This document shows, in pieces, positions 29,603 to 39,189 of a stretch of 64,000 nt of DNA (its first letter is position 1; every line of letters starts with the position of its first letter). This DNA comes from an uncultured bacterium (GTDB taxonomy: Bacteria; Babelota; Babeliae; Babelales; Vermiphilaceae): assembly GCA_963702025.1 (NCBI GenBank), contig OY969699.1:192001-256000 (forward strand), in the 5' to 3' direction. The notes under the pieces are model-generated. The model did not search any database, was not told where the DNA came from, and worked only from the letters and a program-made list of their open reading frames with translations. The translations under genes and the position numbers were made by a program.

Positions 29603-30788
29603 TTGCATCAAGATGAGTTGATATTTCATTTCTCATTTTATGCGCTGCAAGTACTGCGGATATGTCCCATAATTTAATCGAAAGATCGCGAGACCCCGAG
29701 ACTACTTTGTTAAAATCATTAAAAGCAGCTAAACTTTGGATCCACTGATCATGGCCAATAAGAATTGCCAGGCACTGTGGTTTGCGTAAATCCCATAATT
29801 TAATTTGAGTATCCCATGAGCCTGAAAGAAGATACTGCAATTTCCCATCACTAACTAAAGTAGTAATTCCTGAAGAATGCCCCTTAAATATTTTAAATTC
29901 TTTTTTATCCCGAACATCCCAGAGCCGGATGTAATTATCTCCCGTTGCACACGCAAAAAAGTCTCCTCTATCATCAATTATTTTCATACAAGAAAGAGTC
30001 TCATCCGGCACTATTTGCAATGATGAAATCTCTTTTTGGGTTTCGGTGTCCCAAATTTTTACGCAGCCATCAAATGATCCGGAAACTACCGCGCAGTTAT
30101 CTGCAGTAATATATGCATCTTTAGAAGATTTGTTATGCCCTTGGAAAATAGCTTTGCATTCATTCTTTGCCGTTTGCCATAATTTAACCAGATGATCATT
30201 ACTCGTCGATACAAAATACTCTTCATTTGCAGATAATAAAATACTATTGATTTGTTTTTCGTGTGCGACTATGGTGCTTATAGCTTCGTACTTTTCTATA
30301 TCGTATTTCATAATGCCACCGGAAGAGCCACCAATAATTAGCAGCTTTCCATTCTTATCTAATGCCACACTCCCAATCCCGGGAGCAATGCCTGCTTTAG
30401 ATTTTAAGCAGTCAGTAAGATCATTTTGGCAACAAAACGTCATTTCTCCATCGCAACCGATGGCAAGAATCTGTTTTTTTGAGGGCAATGGAGCAACAAC
30501 ACAAACGCCTTTATATTCTAGGCTTTTATTATTTGTTGAAAATGCTTTCAAAGGAAAAGTCTCTTCTATTTCCTTCACTTTTTTATCGCCAGCAGTAACA
30601 ACAAGATCTTGAAGAACTGAGGGAGTACCCCAAAATTCTTGAGAGTCTAAAAATGGTGGCTTTTTTAGGAGAAGATAATCACAGATGATATCAACCAATT
30701 TTCTGATAAGTGCGGGTTTTTTAAAGGGTTGCATGGAATATGCGCAATTAAAAAAAAGAATCAGAATAAAAAATAAAGAACGGCACAT
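29511..30788 (-). CDS. Secreted WD40-repeat protein
   Basis: Repeated GH...SGSxD...IKLWD units; signal peptide MCRSLFFILILFFNCAYS after a GGAGG RBS. Confidence 0.88.
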   Translation of the reverse strand: MCRSLFFILILFFNCAYSMQPFKKPALIRKLVDIICDYLLLKKPPFLDSQEFWGTPSVLQDLVVTAGDKKVKEIEETFPLKAFSTNNKSLEYKGVCVVAPLPSKKQILAIGCDGEMTFCCQNDLTDCLKSKAGIAPGIGSVALDKNGKLLIIGGSSGGIMKYDIEKYEAISTIVAHEKQINSILLSANEEYFVSTSNDHLVKLWQTAKNECKAIFQGHNKSSKDAYITADNCAVVSGSFDGCVKIWDTETQKEISSLQIVPDETLSCMKIIDDRGDFFACATGDNYIRLWDVRDKKEFKIFKGHSSGITTLVSDGKLQYLLSGSWDTQIKLWDLRKPQCLAILIGHDQWIQSLAAFNDFNKVVSGSRDLSIKLWDISAVLAAHKMRNEISTHLDAITQKQKAVVSVAEDLRTIDGFPNRVLQSNQ

Positions 30789-30864
30789 AGCAATTCCTCC
30801 CCCGTTAACTGTCCCACTAGTTAATTTTAAGGAATCACAAAAGCATTGTGCAATGAAAAAAAAA

Positions 30865-31302
30865 TTACGGCGTAAAATTAATTTTATAAACCAGTAATGC
30901 ACTCATAATATTTGCGCATATGATGCAGGCGATAACGCGCCATGCAATCAAGTGAACCCATCTGCGCATAATATATACTAATATAATCTCTATTCCCGAA
31001 TAACAAGCTGCTAAAACAAGACTTATATTCAGATGATCATACGTGCCATAATAAGAATTTTCGGGTAGCAAGTAAGGAACATTAAGCCACCATATCAAGG
31101 TGCCGGCTAAAGTACCAAAAAAAATAAGAAATGCCACACTATTAAAGAAAAAGCTCATATATATCGCTTTTAGTAATGGCTCATGATCCCACAATTTGAA
31201 TAACAATGCCATCAAAAAAAAGGCGAATGGAATGTGATAAATACCGCCGGTTATGCTCCATAAAAACAGCGTTAACAAGAAATTGGTAATATGCGTTATC
31301 AT
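30865..31302 (-). CDS. Hypothetical integral membrane protein
   Basis: About four hydrophobic segments. Confidence 0.7.
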   Translation of the reverse strand: MITHITNFLLTLFLWSITGGIYHIPFAFFLMALLFKLWDHEPLLKAIYMSFFFNSVAFLIFFGTLAGTLIWWLNVPYLLPENSYYGTYDHLNISLVLAACYSGIEIILVYIMRRWVHLIAWRVIACIICANIMSALLVYKINFTP

Positions 31303-31311
31303 ATTTTTAGG

Positions 31312-31488
31312 TTAGAAAATAACGATGCCAAACAAATAAAGAATAAAATAAACAATAACCAAGAAAAGAATAATATTAATAGCCGTTAGCAATAAACTCC
31401 GTAAAGTTCCGGTCGGTGCGGCAAATAAAAGATACGCAACTAAAATTGCCAGAATTAATGCGCCAACGGATGGAATAGCTAATATCAT
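31312..31488 (-). CDS. Small two-TM membrane protein
   Basis: AAAGGAG RBS before the ATG at 31488; two hydrophobic helices. Confidence 0.6.
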   Translation of the reverse strand: MILAIPSVGALILAILVAYLLFAAPTGTLRSLLLTAINIILFLVIVYFILYLFGIVIF

Positions 31489-31633
31489 ATTTTCTCCTTT
31501 ATAAAAAAACAGTAACACTTCATATCATCTCAATACCATAAAAAATTCCCCTTTAACAAGAGTTCTATCTACTATTGTTTCTGCTCAGCATTACTTGGTA
31601 GAGTAATTTTGAAAAAATGAAAGGGGAACATTG

Positions 31634-32011
31634 ATGAAAAAATTAATAGTAATAGCATCTTTTATCAGTACCTTGGCACACGGGCAAGAAACACCAGTGA
31701 GTCCAGCCATACAAGAAGAACAAAATGCCGAACAAGAAAATAGCCTACCCACACGTTCAATCACTATTAATCTTTCGGTAGCGAATTCACATCAAGTGGA
31801 AAACAGCCCCTGCGCGCCAGTGATTCAAGCAATCTCTCAAGAACAATCAAAACCATTGCCGCAACCAATACCCGAGCCCATAATAGTACCTGAATCTTCA
31901 CGGTTCAAGAAGGCAGCATTTGTGGCGTCTATGGGATACCTTGCTGCTAAAATGGCAGGAATTATGGATAAAATAGACATGAATAAATTATTTTCAATTT
32001 TCAGTCGCTAA
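31634..32011 (+). CDS. Hypothetical exported protein
   Basis: Signal peptide (AHG site); Q/P/E-rich; hydrophobic C-terminal segment. Confidence 0.65.
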   Translation: MKKLIVIASFISTLAHGQETPVSPAIQEEQNAEQENSLPTRSITINLSVANSHQVENSPCAPVIQAISQEQSKPLPQPIPEPIIVPESSRFKKAAFVASMGYLAAKMAGIMDKIDMNKLFSIFSR

Positions 32012-32026
32012 TCAAGGAATACTACT

Positions 32027-32899
32027 ATGCGATATTTATTCTTTGCCTTAATGTTCATTTCCCTTGGGGCAGTTATTCCAGAAAAACCACGCAAGCCGCT
32101 TACGATGACACAAAAAATAGACAAAGATTTTAATCTGGTGATAACGGTAAATAATGATCACGTCGCTCACAATAATCCCCAGGCTTCATCGGTGCAAGTA
32201 ATACAAAAACCGGAACCGGAATCCTCACCTATTTTGAAGAAATTGCAGGAAATAAAATCCGAGTTACATGTTTCGGAGCGCATGAAAGACATTTTAGAAA
32301 AAAGATCATTTTTTTATGACTACAAATGGCATTTACTGGGCCTTACGGTGGCCGGCTCCTATGCCTTTCTTTTGTATATTATTTATGCCGGTAACTCATA
32401 TTTGAGCAACAATGAATTATGGTCATCGTGGCGGCAAGATTTGCCGCTCGATCAACTTCTTGCCATTCCGCAGGAGCAATTTTCTCAAGAACTGATCCGA
32501 GAAATTCAGCGCCGCTACACTGATCCCCGATCGGTAATTGATTTGGTAAAACCGCTTTCTGAATTTATTATTACTACTAATGATGAAGAAGAACAGCTGC
32601 GCTGGTATCAGTCAACCTTTGGATGGCTCTCTTATTTGCAACTGATTAAAATTGTCCCCCTTTCAAAACAACGGTTCACCAAAATCAACGAGCGATTACA
32701 ACGACTTGCCTATTATAAAAATATCTTCCAATCCTGGGCGGCTGATTACCAGCTTAATCACCGATTGCGCGCTCAGCCATATGAAATTTTCGATAATGAA
32801 AACATAGCAGAATTTGCTGAGTATGTTCATACGCTCATGAGCAACCAACTCGATGACCACTGGGCAAGAAAGCAGAACGCCTTAATTCCCTGCGCATAG
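32027..32899 (+). CDS. Hypothetical exported/membrane protein
   Basis: Signal peptide plus one internal TM segment. Confidence 0.7.
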   Translation: MRYLFFALMFISLGAVIPEKPRKPLTMTQKIDKDFNLVITVNNDHVAHNNPQASSVQVIQKPEPESSPILKKLQEIKSELHVSERMKDILEKRSFFYDYKWHLLGLTVAGSYAFLLYIIYAGNSYLSNNELWSSWRQDLPLDQLLAIPQEQFSQELIREIQRRYTDPRSVIDLVKPLSEFIITTNDEEEQLRWYQSTFGWLSYLQLIKIVPLSKQRFTKINERLQRLAYYKNIFQSWAADYQLNHRLRAQPYEIFDNENIAEFAEYVHTLMSNQLDDHWARKQNALIPCA

Positions 32900-33078
32900 T
32901 TGATCTTTTAACCAGATGCACGCACAATAGTTTCTCGCCCAGGTCAATTGCTTGCATGGCTTGAAAAGAAGCTTTTAAATTTCTAATTGAAACTATTTAA
33001 CTTAAATAAGCCATTCAATTTGACTTTATTTGTATTTATTTTATCCTAAAAATATGATTCTATTTTGGAGGAAATATT

Positions 33079-33489
33079 ATGAATATGCGTAAATTCTTGC
33101 TGTTTTGTTGTCTCATGACTCAAATATCTTCAGTAAATACTATGCAACCGGATTCTGAGTTGATTTTAGAAGGGCCCCTTAGAAATGGCATTCGTTTAAG
33201 ATTAAAAGACCAAAATTATAAATTCCAAGATATTTTAAACAAAGTGAATGGAATAACTACTGTCCCTCAAACAAGAAAATTTGGCTCTTCTGTCTTGTCT
33301 TATATTTATGGCGGTATCGCAGCATGGGCAATGGGCGAAGTAAGCGCCGCAATTCACGAAACACCCGCAGAAATCTGGAACAATACTTTCTTCTTGGCAC
33401 GACCATTCATTGCAATCGGTAAAGCAGCTTCAAATATGTCACAGCGGCCAAAAGAGATTTTTAACTGGCTCACCAACAAATTGCGATAA
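33079..33489 (+). CDS. Hypothetical exported protein
   Basis: GGAGG RBS; signal peptide followed by MQP. Confidence 0.65.
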   Translation: MNMRKFLLFCCLMTQISSVNTMQPDSELILEGPLRNGIRLRLKDQNYKFQDILNKVNGITTVPQTRKFGSSVLSYIYGGIAAWAMGEVSAAIHETPAEIWNNTFFLARPFIAIGKAASNMSQRPKEIFNWLTNKLR

Positions 33490-33493
33490 ATAA

Positions 33494-34231
33494 TTACACT
33501 TCAATAAATAATCGCAGATAATCCTGTTGCGTTTCTTTAACTGTTTTTGCAATAAATAATAAAAATTCAGCATCATCAGAATGTGCTTTTTCTAAGACCT
33601 GAACGTATTGATTGCGCAATATTGGCGGAATAATAGCAATCTCATAGCCTTCTTGCAACAAAATAAGATTCATTAATAAGCGTGCCACTCGCCCATTGCC
33701 ATCAACAAACGGATGAATAAAAACAAACTCTTTATGTGCCAATGCTGCCACTTCAACCGGATTTTTTTCTTTGCGCAATCGCGCCAACATTACCATAAAT
33801 TGGTCCATCAGATCATATAATTGATCCGGTCCGGGCAACGGATATTTTGAGCCGGTGATATAGGCACGCTCAGTGCGGTAATTGCCTGCTTTTTCTTCAT
33901 CGATTCGAAAATAAAATAAATGATGCAAACGTTTGATGTCATCTTGTGTTATTTCATTCTTTTTTGCCAAATCATACAAATAACTATACGCATCACTATG
34001 TCCTATCGCTTCAAAATGCTCAATCATCCGCTTGCCGCCAATAGTGATACCATCTTCCAAAATGATTTTTGTTTCACTTTCGGTCAGCGAATTGCCCTCG
34101 ATCGCATTACTTGTATAGGTAAGCCCAATGCGATAATACTCGCGTATTTGCTTCAGCAAATGCGGGGAAAGTGGTCGATGCATATTAATTTTTTTTTGTA
34201 ATTCATCAATTAGAGAATAGATATTTTTCAT
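33494..34231 (-). CDS. Fic-domain protein (class II, N-terminal autoinhibitory motif)
   Basis: Catalytic motif HPFVDGNGRVAR; SNAIEGN matches (S/T)xxxE(G/N). Confidence 0.92.
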   Translation of the reverse strand: MKNIYSLIDELQKKINMHRPLSPHLLKQIREYYRIGLTYTSNAIEGNSLTESETKIILEDGITIGGKRMIEHFEAIGHSDAYSYLYDLAKKNEITQDDIKRLHHLFYFRIDEEKAGNYRTERAYITGSKYPLPGPDQLYDLMDQFMVMLARLRKEKNPVEVAALAHKEFVFIHPFVDGNGRVARLLMNLILLQEGYEIAIIPPILRNQYVQVLEKAHSDDAEFLLFIAKTVKETQQDYLRLFIEV

Positions 34232-34249
34232 ATTTGAATTTCCTGAAAC

Positions 34250-35317
34250 TCAGACTAAATAAACAGTTCGTATTTTCACCACCGGCGCAGCATCTTTGCC
34301 CGATCCTTTTTCTCGTTCTAACAGAACCCAAATAATAACCGTAACTTTGCCCACTTTAGCGCTCGATAACACCGAAAAGATTTTTGGCGAAAACGTTGGA
34401 TTAAATAATTGAGAAAAATTTGCCGGAAGCGCGCTATATTCTACGCCATAAACCGGTTTAAAGATGGTGTTCCAATCAGTTTTCCAGTTACTTTGTTCTT
34501 TAGCGGTTTTTACTACTTCTTCAGAAAACAATTTTTTTTGCACACCTTTTGGCAGATACAATTGAATAATTGAATGGGAGAAAAGCCACGGATCAATCTC
34601 TTTCTTTCCCGATGAAATGGTAAAAATATCGGTTAAATAAATAGCATCTTTTTTGCCCGCAGGATCATAGAAAATAGTATTCTTAAAGACCTCAAAGCCT
34701 TTGATCGTTAATAATTCCGTAACATCGTTGAGCGGATATTTGCGCTCTTTTAAGAACTTTTCAAATTCAGTAAAAAGATCAGCATTTATTTTCCCTTTGA
34801 TCAAACCGAACAGCTCTTGGAAAAACTTTTTCATATCGCCATTTGGTTTGCCCTCACCAATAAATGCATGTTTTTCAAAATCATATAAACGGTTAATATT
34901 AATTTTTCCCTCTTCACTGCCCAACGTAATCGCCATGGTAGCATCGATTCCTTCAACACCGCGTAAAAGCTTTAATGATTGTTGTTGATTTAATATCGGA
35001 ACTATTTCTTTGAGCACCGCTTTAGCATCCGAGAGTGGCGCTTCTTGCGCTTTTGCTTGCTGCGGATTCTTATTTGGTTGCGGCTGCGGCTGCTCTTGTT
35101 TAGGTTCTTTTTTTTCAGTTACCGATAACTGCGCGATTGCCAGCTGAATACCGCCGAATGCGAGTTGACGCGCCTTTTCACGATCAACCATAGTTTGTGA
35201 AACACGCGCGAAAATAAATCCTCTGTTAAAAACATAGGTGCTCAAAAACATTGCAAGCATGATCAAGCCAAGGGTGAGCGTGAGAATGTAACCGGGTTGA
35301 TTGTTGGTGTGTTTCAT
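34250..35317 (-). CDS. gspK: Type II secretion minor pseudopilin GspK-like
   Basis: PG|YILTL prepilin site lacking Glu5; EEGKININ motif; last gene of the cluster. Confidence 0.75.
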   Translation of the reverse strand: MKHTNNQPGYILTLTLGLIMLAMFLSTYVFNRGFIFARVSQTMVDREKARQLAFGGIQLAIAQLSVTEKKEPKQEQPQPQPNKNPQQAKAQEAPLSDAKAVLKEIVPILNQQQSLKLLRGVEGIDATMAITLGSEEGKININRLYDFEKHAFIGEGKPNGDMKKFFQELFGLIKGKINADLFTEFEKFLKERKYPLNDVTELLTIKGFEVFKNTIFYDPAGKKDAIYLTDIFTISSGKKEIDPWLFSHSIIQLYLPKGVQKKLFSEEVVKTAKEQSNWKTDWNTIFKPVYGVEYSALPANFSQLFNPTFSPKIFSVLSSAKVGKVTVIIWVLLEREKGSGKDAAPVVKIRTVYLV

Positions 35318-36369
35318 GGGGTAGATCCTCTTGGTGCAGGAGTTGTTGGCTGCTTGCCTGCCGCAGATCCGGCCTGTTGGCCCGGTTTACCATTTTGATC
35401 AACTGCCCCCACTAATTCTTTAAGCTTTCCAAGCAAACGCGAACCTTCTTTTCGTTCCGCTTCAATTTCTGAACGTATTGGTATCTTCAAAGAAAAGCTC
35501 CTACTTTTTTTCTTGGGCAAATCCCACAAAGCAACAGTAAATTCTACCAGTTGTGGCACCACCGGTAACCTCTGCTTGCTTTCATCTTCTCCCTCTTTTT
35601 TTTCCAACCATTCAGCAACTTTTTTTATTTCTTTCTTTTTGCTCTCTTTTTTTTGCGCCGCCTCTTTTTTTGCCGCCTCCGGCTGAGTAGCTCCTGGCTT
35701 AGGCGTTTCTTGTTCTTTTTGTTCTTGTAACACCGCAGTATATTCAACCGATAATGATTTTATACCGCGCACCATTTCATATTCTTTAGCGGTTTCTTTG
35801 TTGTCGAGCGCATTAATATCAAGCTTAGCCGATTCTTGCCGGATAAGCGCATAGGATTTAGCAGGATTTTTTGGTGTCGGTTTTTCTTCTTTTAAAAGAT
35901 ACCGCACGCGAATAACACGCGGTTTTGCTGAACCTGATTTGGCGCCCCAATATATTTGCAAAGGATTGGTGGTAATAAATGTTAGTTGGTCGAGCATGCC
36001 CCCTTTATTGGTGCTATAAAAAAGTTTTTCTAAGGGCCTTTGCTGTTTTGCTTGCGCGCCCGGTGCTGCATTTTCTTCTGCTTGTTCTTCTTCCGCTTCT
36101 TTCTTTTGGTCCGGTTTTGGGGTAGCAGCATTTTTTTGTTGTGGTTTTTTTTGACGGAGATACCACTCATTGGGGGCGGTAACTCCCGAAAGATCCCGCT
36201 CAAACTGCGCATTGAGCAGCGCGGCATTCTCATAAATTGCCGTTGTTGAATCAATCACCGGCACAAAGCGATTAATTTGATAGATAGCACTCATTAAAAG
36301 ACCACTTAAAATTGAAGCAATTAATGAGGCAATTAATAATTCAACGAGACTAAACCCCGGATTTTTCAC
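35314..36369 (-). CDS. gspJ: Type II secretion minor pseudopilin GspJ-like
   Basis: PG|FSLVELL prepilin site; QFERDL; gene order. Confidence 0.75.
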   Translation of the reverse strand: MKNPGFSLVELLIASLIASILSGLLMSAIYQINRFVPVIDSTTAIYENAALLNAQFERDLSGVTAPNEWYLRQKKPQQKNAATPKPDQKKEAEEEQAEENAAPGAQAKQQRPLEKLFYSTNKGGMLDQLTFITTNPLQIYWGAKSGSAKPRVIRVRYLLKEEKPTPKNPAKSYALIRQESAKLDINALDNKETAKEYEMVRGIKSLSVEYTAVLQEQKEQETPKPGATQPEAAKKEAAQKKESKKKEIKKVAEWLEKKEGEDESKQRLPVVPQLVEFTVALWDLPKKKSRSFSLKIPIRSEIEAERKEGSRLLGKLKELVGAVDQNGKPGQQAGSAAGKQPTTPAPRGSTP

Positions 36370-36901
36370 TGCTGGACTCCGGCTTATAGATAAAACTTAC
36401 CAAACGTTCTTGTTTTTTGCTCTGCGTTTGCGGCGCCTGAATTGTTACGCTTTGGATCAGCACATTTTTAAATTTTTTAAGCGCAGAAGAATCAGGTATT
36501 TTTTTAAGTTCATATTTTAAGGTGATCCCTTCATCACTCTTTTTACTTGTTGTAAATGTTTGCGCTTCGGGTGCAAGATTAAATTCCGTATCAATTAAAA
36601 ATTTTTTTGCCGCCAGAATTCCCCCAAAAGCTCTGCGCGCACGCGAAACACTGCGAGAAATAGCCGATTGCCCGTTAAAAATGGGCGTGAGCACCAAGCC
36701 GATGATGGCCATTGCCAGGAGCACTTCGATTAAGGTGAAACCATTGCGTGACCCCGCTCGCCCTGAGTGCGAGTGCAACGAGCGTATCGAAGGGTCATAA
36801 TTCGGCATAGTTCGATACGCCGCTTTGAGGTGGATTTTGTCCTGAGCGCCGTCGAAGGGCACTACGAGCGGAGATGTTACCTTATTTTTGAAAACTATCA
36901 T
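36350..36901 (-). CDS. gspI: Type II secretion minor pseudopilin GspI-like with a repeat-expanded leader
   Basis: NG|FTLIEVLLAMAI; ATG 36901 overlaps the end of gspH and gives a 54-aa leader. Confidence 0.72.
   Translation of the reverse strand: MIVFKNKVTSPLVVPFDGAQDKIHLKAAYRTMPNYDPSIRSLHSHSGRAGSRNGFTLIEVLLAMAIIGLVLTPIFNGQSAISRSVSRARRAFGGILAAKKFLIDTEFNLAPEAQTFTTSKKSDEGITLKYELKKIPDSSALKKFKNVLIQSVTIQAPQTQSKKQERLVSFIYKPESSSEKSGV
36754..36871. repeat. Nested REP-like palindromic element inside the gspI leader
   Basis: Outer IR ccgctcg/cgagcgg; inner IR gcgtatcgaa/ttcgatacgc; shares cgctcg-nnn-tgagtgcga...gagcgtatcgaa with 15636-15680. Confidence 0.8.
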
Positions 36902-37442
36902 ACACCGTAAACTGCGCGGTAAAAGGGTTGAGCACCAAACCAAATTGCCGTGGTTTTCCTGCCGTATTTTTTTGTTTTTTATCAATAAAATTAATAGTCA
37001 CGTTTTGCGTTAACCCATCCGGCACAATAAAAAAATAACTTGCTATAGTTTTTTCGCTTGTTGACCGTGCCTTTTCATCAAATCCTTCGATAATAAAATT
37101 TTTAATCTCTATATTTGATGGAATGGCGAGTGATGTATTAAGATATGCCCCTTTAATCGGGGCAGTTTCGGGCGGCCCGTTATCTTTGAATCGCACAACA
37201 TCACTCACCGAAACAATATTCTTTTTAAAATCAAACTCCACCTGCTGAGTTTTACGCTCAACAAGCGCGCGGTGCCACGCAAATCGCGTTAATGCATTGA
37301 GTTTCCCCAAAAATACTTGGCGCTCTCTGCGTGGCAGTAATTTACTAAAATTAGGTACAACTACCGCAGTCATTAACCCAATAATAGCAACAACAATCAG
37401 GATCTCTATTAAAGTAAATCCATTCTTATTGCTTCCAAGCAT
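36882..37442 (-). CDS. gspH: Type II secretion minor pseudopilin GspH-like
   Basis: NG|FTLIEILIVVAIIG; FFIVPDG near the C-terminus. Confidence 0.75.
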   Translation of the reverse strand: MLGSNKNGFTLIEILIVVAIIGLMTAVVVPNFSKLLPRRERQVFLGKLNALTRFAWHRALVERKTQQVEFDFKKNIVSVSDVVRFKDNGPPETAPIKGAYLNTSLAIPSNIEIKNFIIEGFDEKARSTSEKTIASYFFIVPDGLTQNVTINFIDKKQKNTAGKPRQFGLVLNPFTAQFTVYDSFQK

Positions 37443-37872
37443 CTATCCACTCAGATTTTGGTGTACCTTTACCCCGTTTGCTTCCATAGGAATAAAGCTC
37501 AAACGGATGCTCGCCGCCTTCAGTTGGCTCATAGTGGAACGGTTTATTCCAACCATCTTTTGGTACTTCTCCCTTTTTGGCAGTAATATAGGGGCCGTCC
37601 CAACTTTCAGCAATTTTCTCATCGGCAGGCTTTTTTATCAAATCAACTAAGTTATGTGGATACTCACCCGTATCATCATTATAGGCTTCGATCCGATCTC
37701 TAATAAACTTTAAGCTCAATGCGGTGCTCTTTTTACGATTCGATTCTAGAATGCCTTGCACGGAATAGGTAACTATTCCTCCCAAAATCATCACGAGCGC
37801 TGCCGCGATTAAAATTTCTACCAATGTAAAACCATTTTGTGCATGTTTTTGCTTTTCAATATAAATCATCAA
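37426..37872 (-). CDS. gspG: Type II secretion major pseudopilin GspG
   Basis: NG|FTLVE; YxxDTGEYP, WDGPYI, PKDGWNKPFHY, LYSYG. Confidence 0.88.
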   Translation of the reverse strand: MMIYIEKQKHAQNGFTLVEILIAAALVMILGGIVTYSVQGILESNRKKSTALSLKFIRDRIEAYNDDTGEYPHNLVDLIKKPADEKIAESWDGPYITAKKGEVPKDGWNKPFHYEPTEGGEHPFELYSYGSKRGKGTPKSEWIDAWKQ

Positions 37873-37874
37873 TT

Positions 37875-39089
37875 TTACTCCTCGGTAAATGCAGCCTGTT
37901 GAATCATTGGCAGCATTAATGAGATAACAATAAACCCAACAATAACCGCCATTACAATCAGCAATGCCGGCCCAATTTTTGCCGATAAACTATCAGCGTA
38001 TTCTCCCAATTCCTCCTCATAGTTCCTAGCAACCGTTAACAACATCTGATCTAACTGTCCGCTTTGTTCACCGGTACTAATTAAATAAATAGCGATCGGA
38101 GGAAACAAATTTGTCTGCTTAAGATACTGTGCAATTTTACCCTGTTTAATAATTTTATCACGCGCTTCTCGCAGCGCATCGGCAAGGATGCGATTGTCTA
38201 TAATATTAACCACAATATCAAGTGATTCGGCCAGATTAACGCCACCTTCTAAAAGCATTCCCAGCGTATAACAAAACTGCACAATCGCATTGGTACGCGT
38301 AAAATACCCGATTATGGGCAATTTTAATTTGATTGTGTCAATCATACGCGCACCGGTTGGCGTTGATCGCCACCAGCGATACCCAACTATACCAAGTATC
38401 AAAAGGGTGGCAACGATCCACAGATATTTAGTAAACAATGATGATATGCCCAACAAGATTTTAGTGGTAGCCGGAAGCTCTTTACCGCTTGATGCAAAAT
38501 TTTCGGCCATCGAGGGCACTACAAAAATAAGCAAAACACTTATTACTATAACCGCAACAATTAATTGGATAATCGGCCCGGTTAATGCTGAACGAACGCG
38601 TTTTCTAATTTCTGCACGCCGCTCAAGATAGGCGGTTAACCTTTCAAGGATAACTTCTAATTTGCCGCTCGCTTCCCCTGCGCGAACAAGCTGAACGTAA
38701 ATATTATCAAATACTTTAGGATATTTTTTAAGCGCGTCAGCAAATGAAATACCCTCTTTTACTTCATCTTTAATATTTACGAGCATGGTGCGCAAGCTGC
38801 CCTCAAACTGCTCAATCAAAAGTTCAAGCGCCTGCAATAATGGCACCCCCGATTTGAGGAGCACCACAAGTTGCCGCGTGAATAAGATTTTTTCTTTTGG
38901 GGTAATCTTTGGCGAAAACAAACGCTTCCACCAGGGCATTGATGCTTCGGGTGAACTCAAAGTAACCGAAATCGGATAAATACCCTGTTTGCTCAGTTGT
39001 TCTTTGGCACTTTGCAAGGTTGGCGCGTCAATGGTGCCGGTAATTTTCTTGCCGTCCTTTGCAAATGCTTGGTACAAATACAATGCCAT
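37875..39089 (-). CDS. gspF: Type II secretion inner-membrane platform protein GspF/PilC
   Basis: FTRQLxxLLKSGVPL, AGEASGKL, GEQSGQLD; duplicated T2SSF domains. Confidence 0.92.
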   Translation of the reverse strand: MALYLYQAFAKDGKKITGTIDAPTLQSAKEQLSKQGIYPISVTLSSPEASMPWWKRLFSPKITPKEKILFTRQLVVLLKSGVPLLQALELLIEQFEGSLRTMLVNIKDEVKEGISFADALKKYPKVFDNIYVQLVRAGEASGKLEVILERLTAYLERRAEIRKRVRSALTGPIIQLIVAVIVISVLLIFVVPSMAENFASSGKELPATTKILLGISSLFTKYLWIVATLLILGIVGYRWWRSTPTGARMIDTIKLKLPIIGYFTRTNAIVQFCYTLGMLLEGGVNLAESLDIVVNIIDNRILADALREARDKIIKQGKIAQYLKQTNLFPPIAIYLISTGEQSGQLDQMLLTVARNYEEELGEYADSLSAKIGPALLIVMAVIVGFIVISLMLPMIQQAAFTEE

Positions 39090-39189
39090 GGTAAAATATC
39101 CTTTATTAAACAGGATTTGACGCCTGAGCATAAGTGTGATTCAATGAAAAACTATAGACCTTTTATGCATCATATCTAAAAGGACAATT

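Noticed and set aside
33494..34231. Fic protein as a T2SS effector
   Set aside because: No signal peptide and an ordinary class II autoinhibited Fic; adjacency to gspK alone is insufficient
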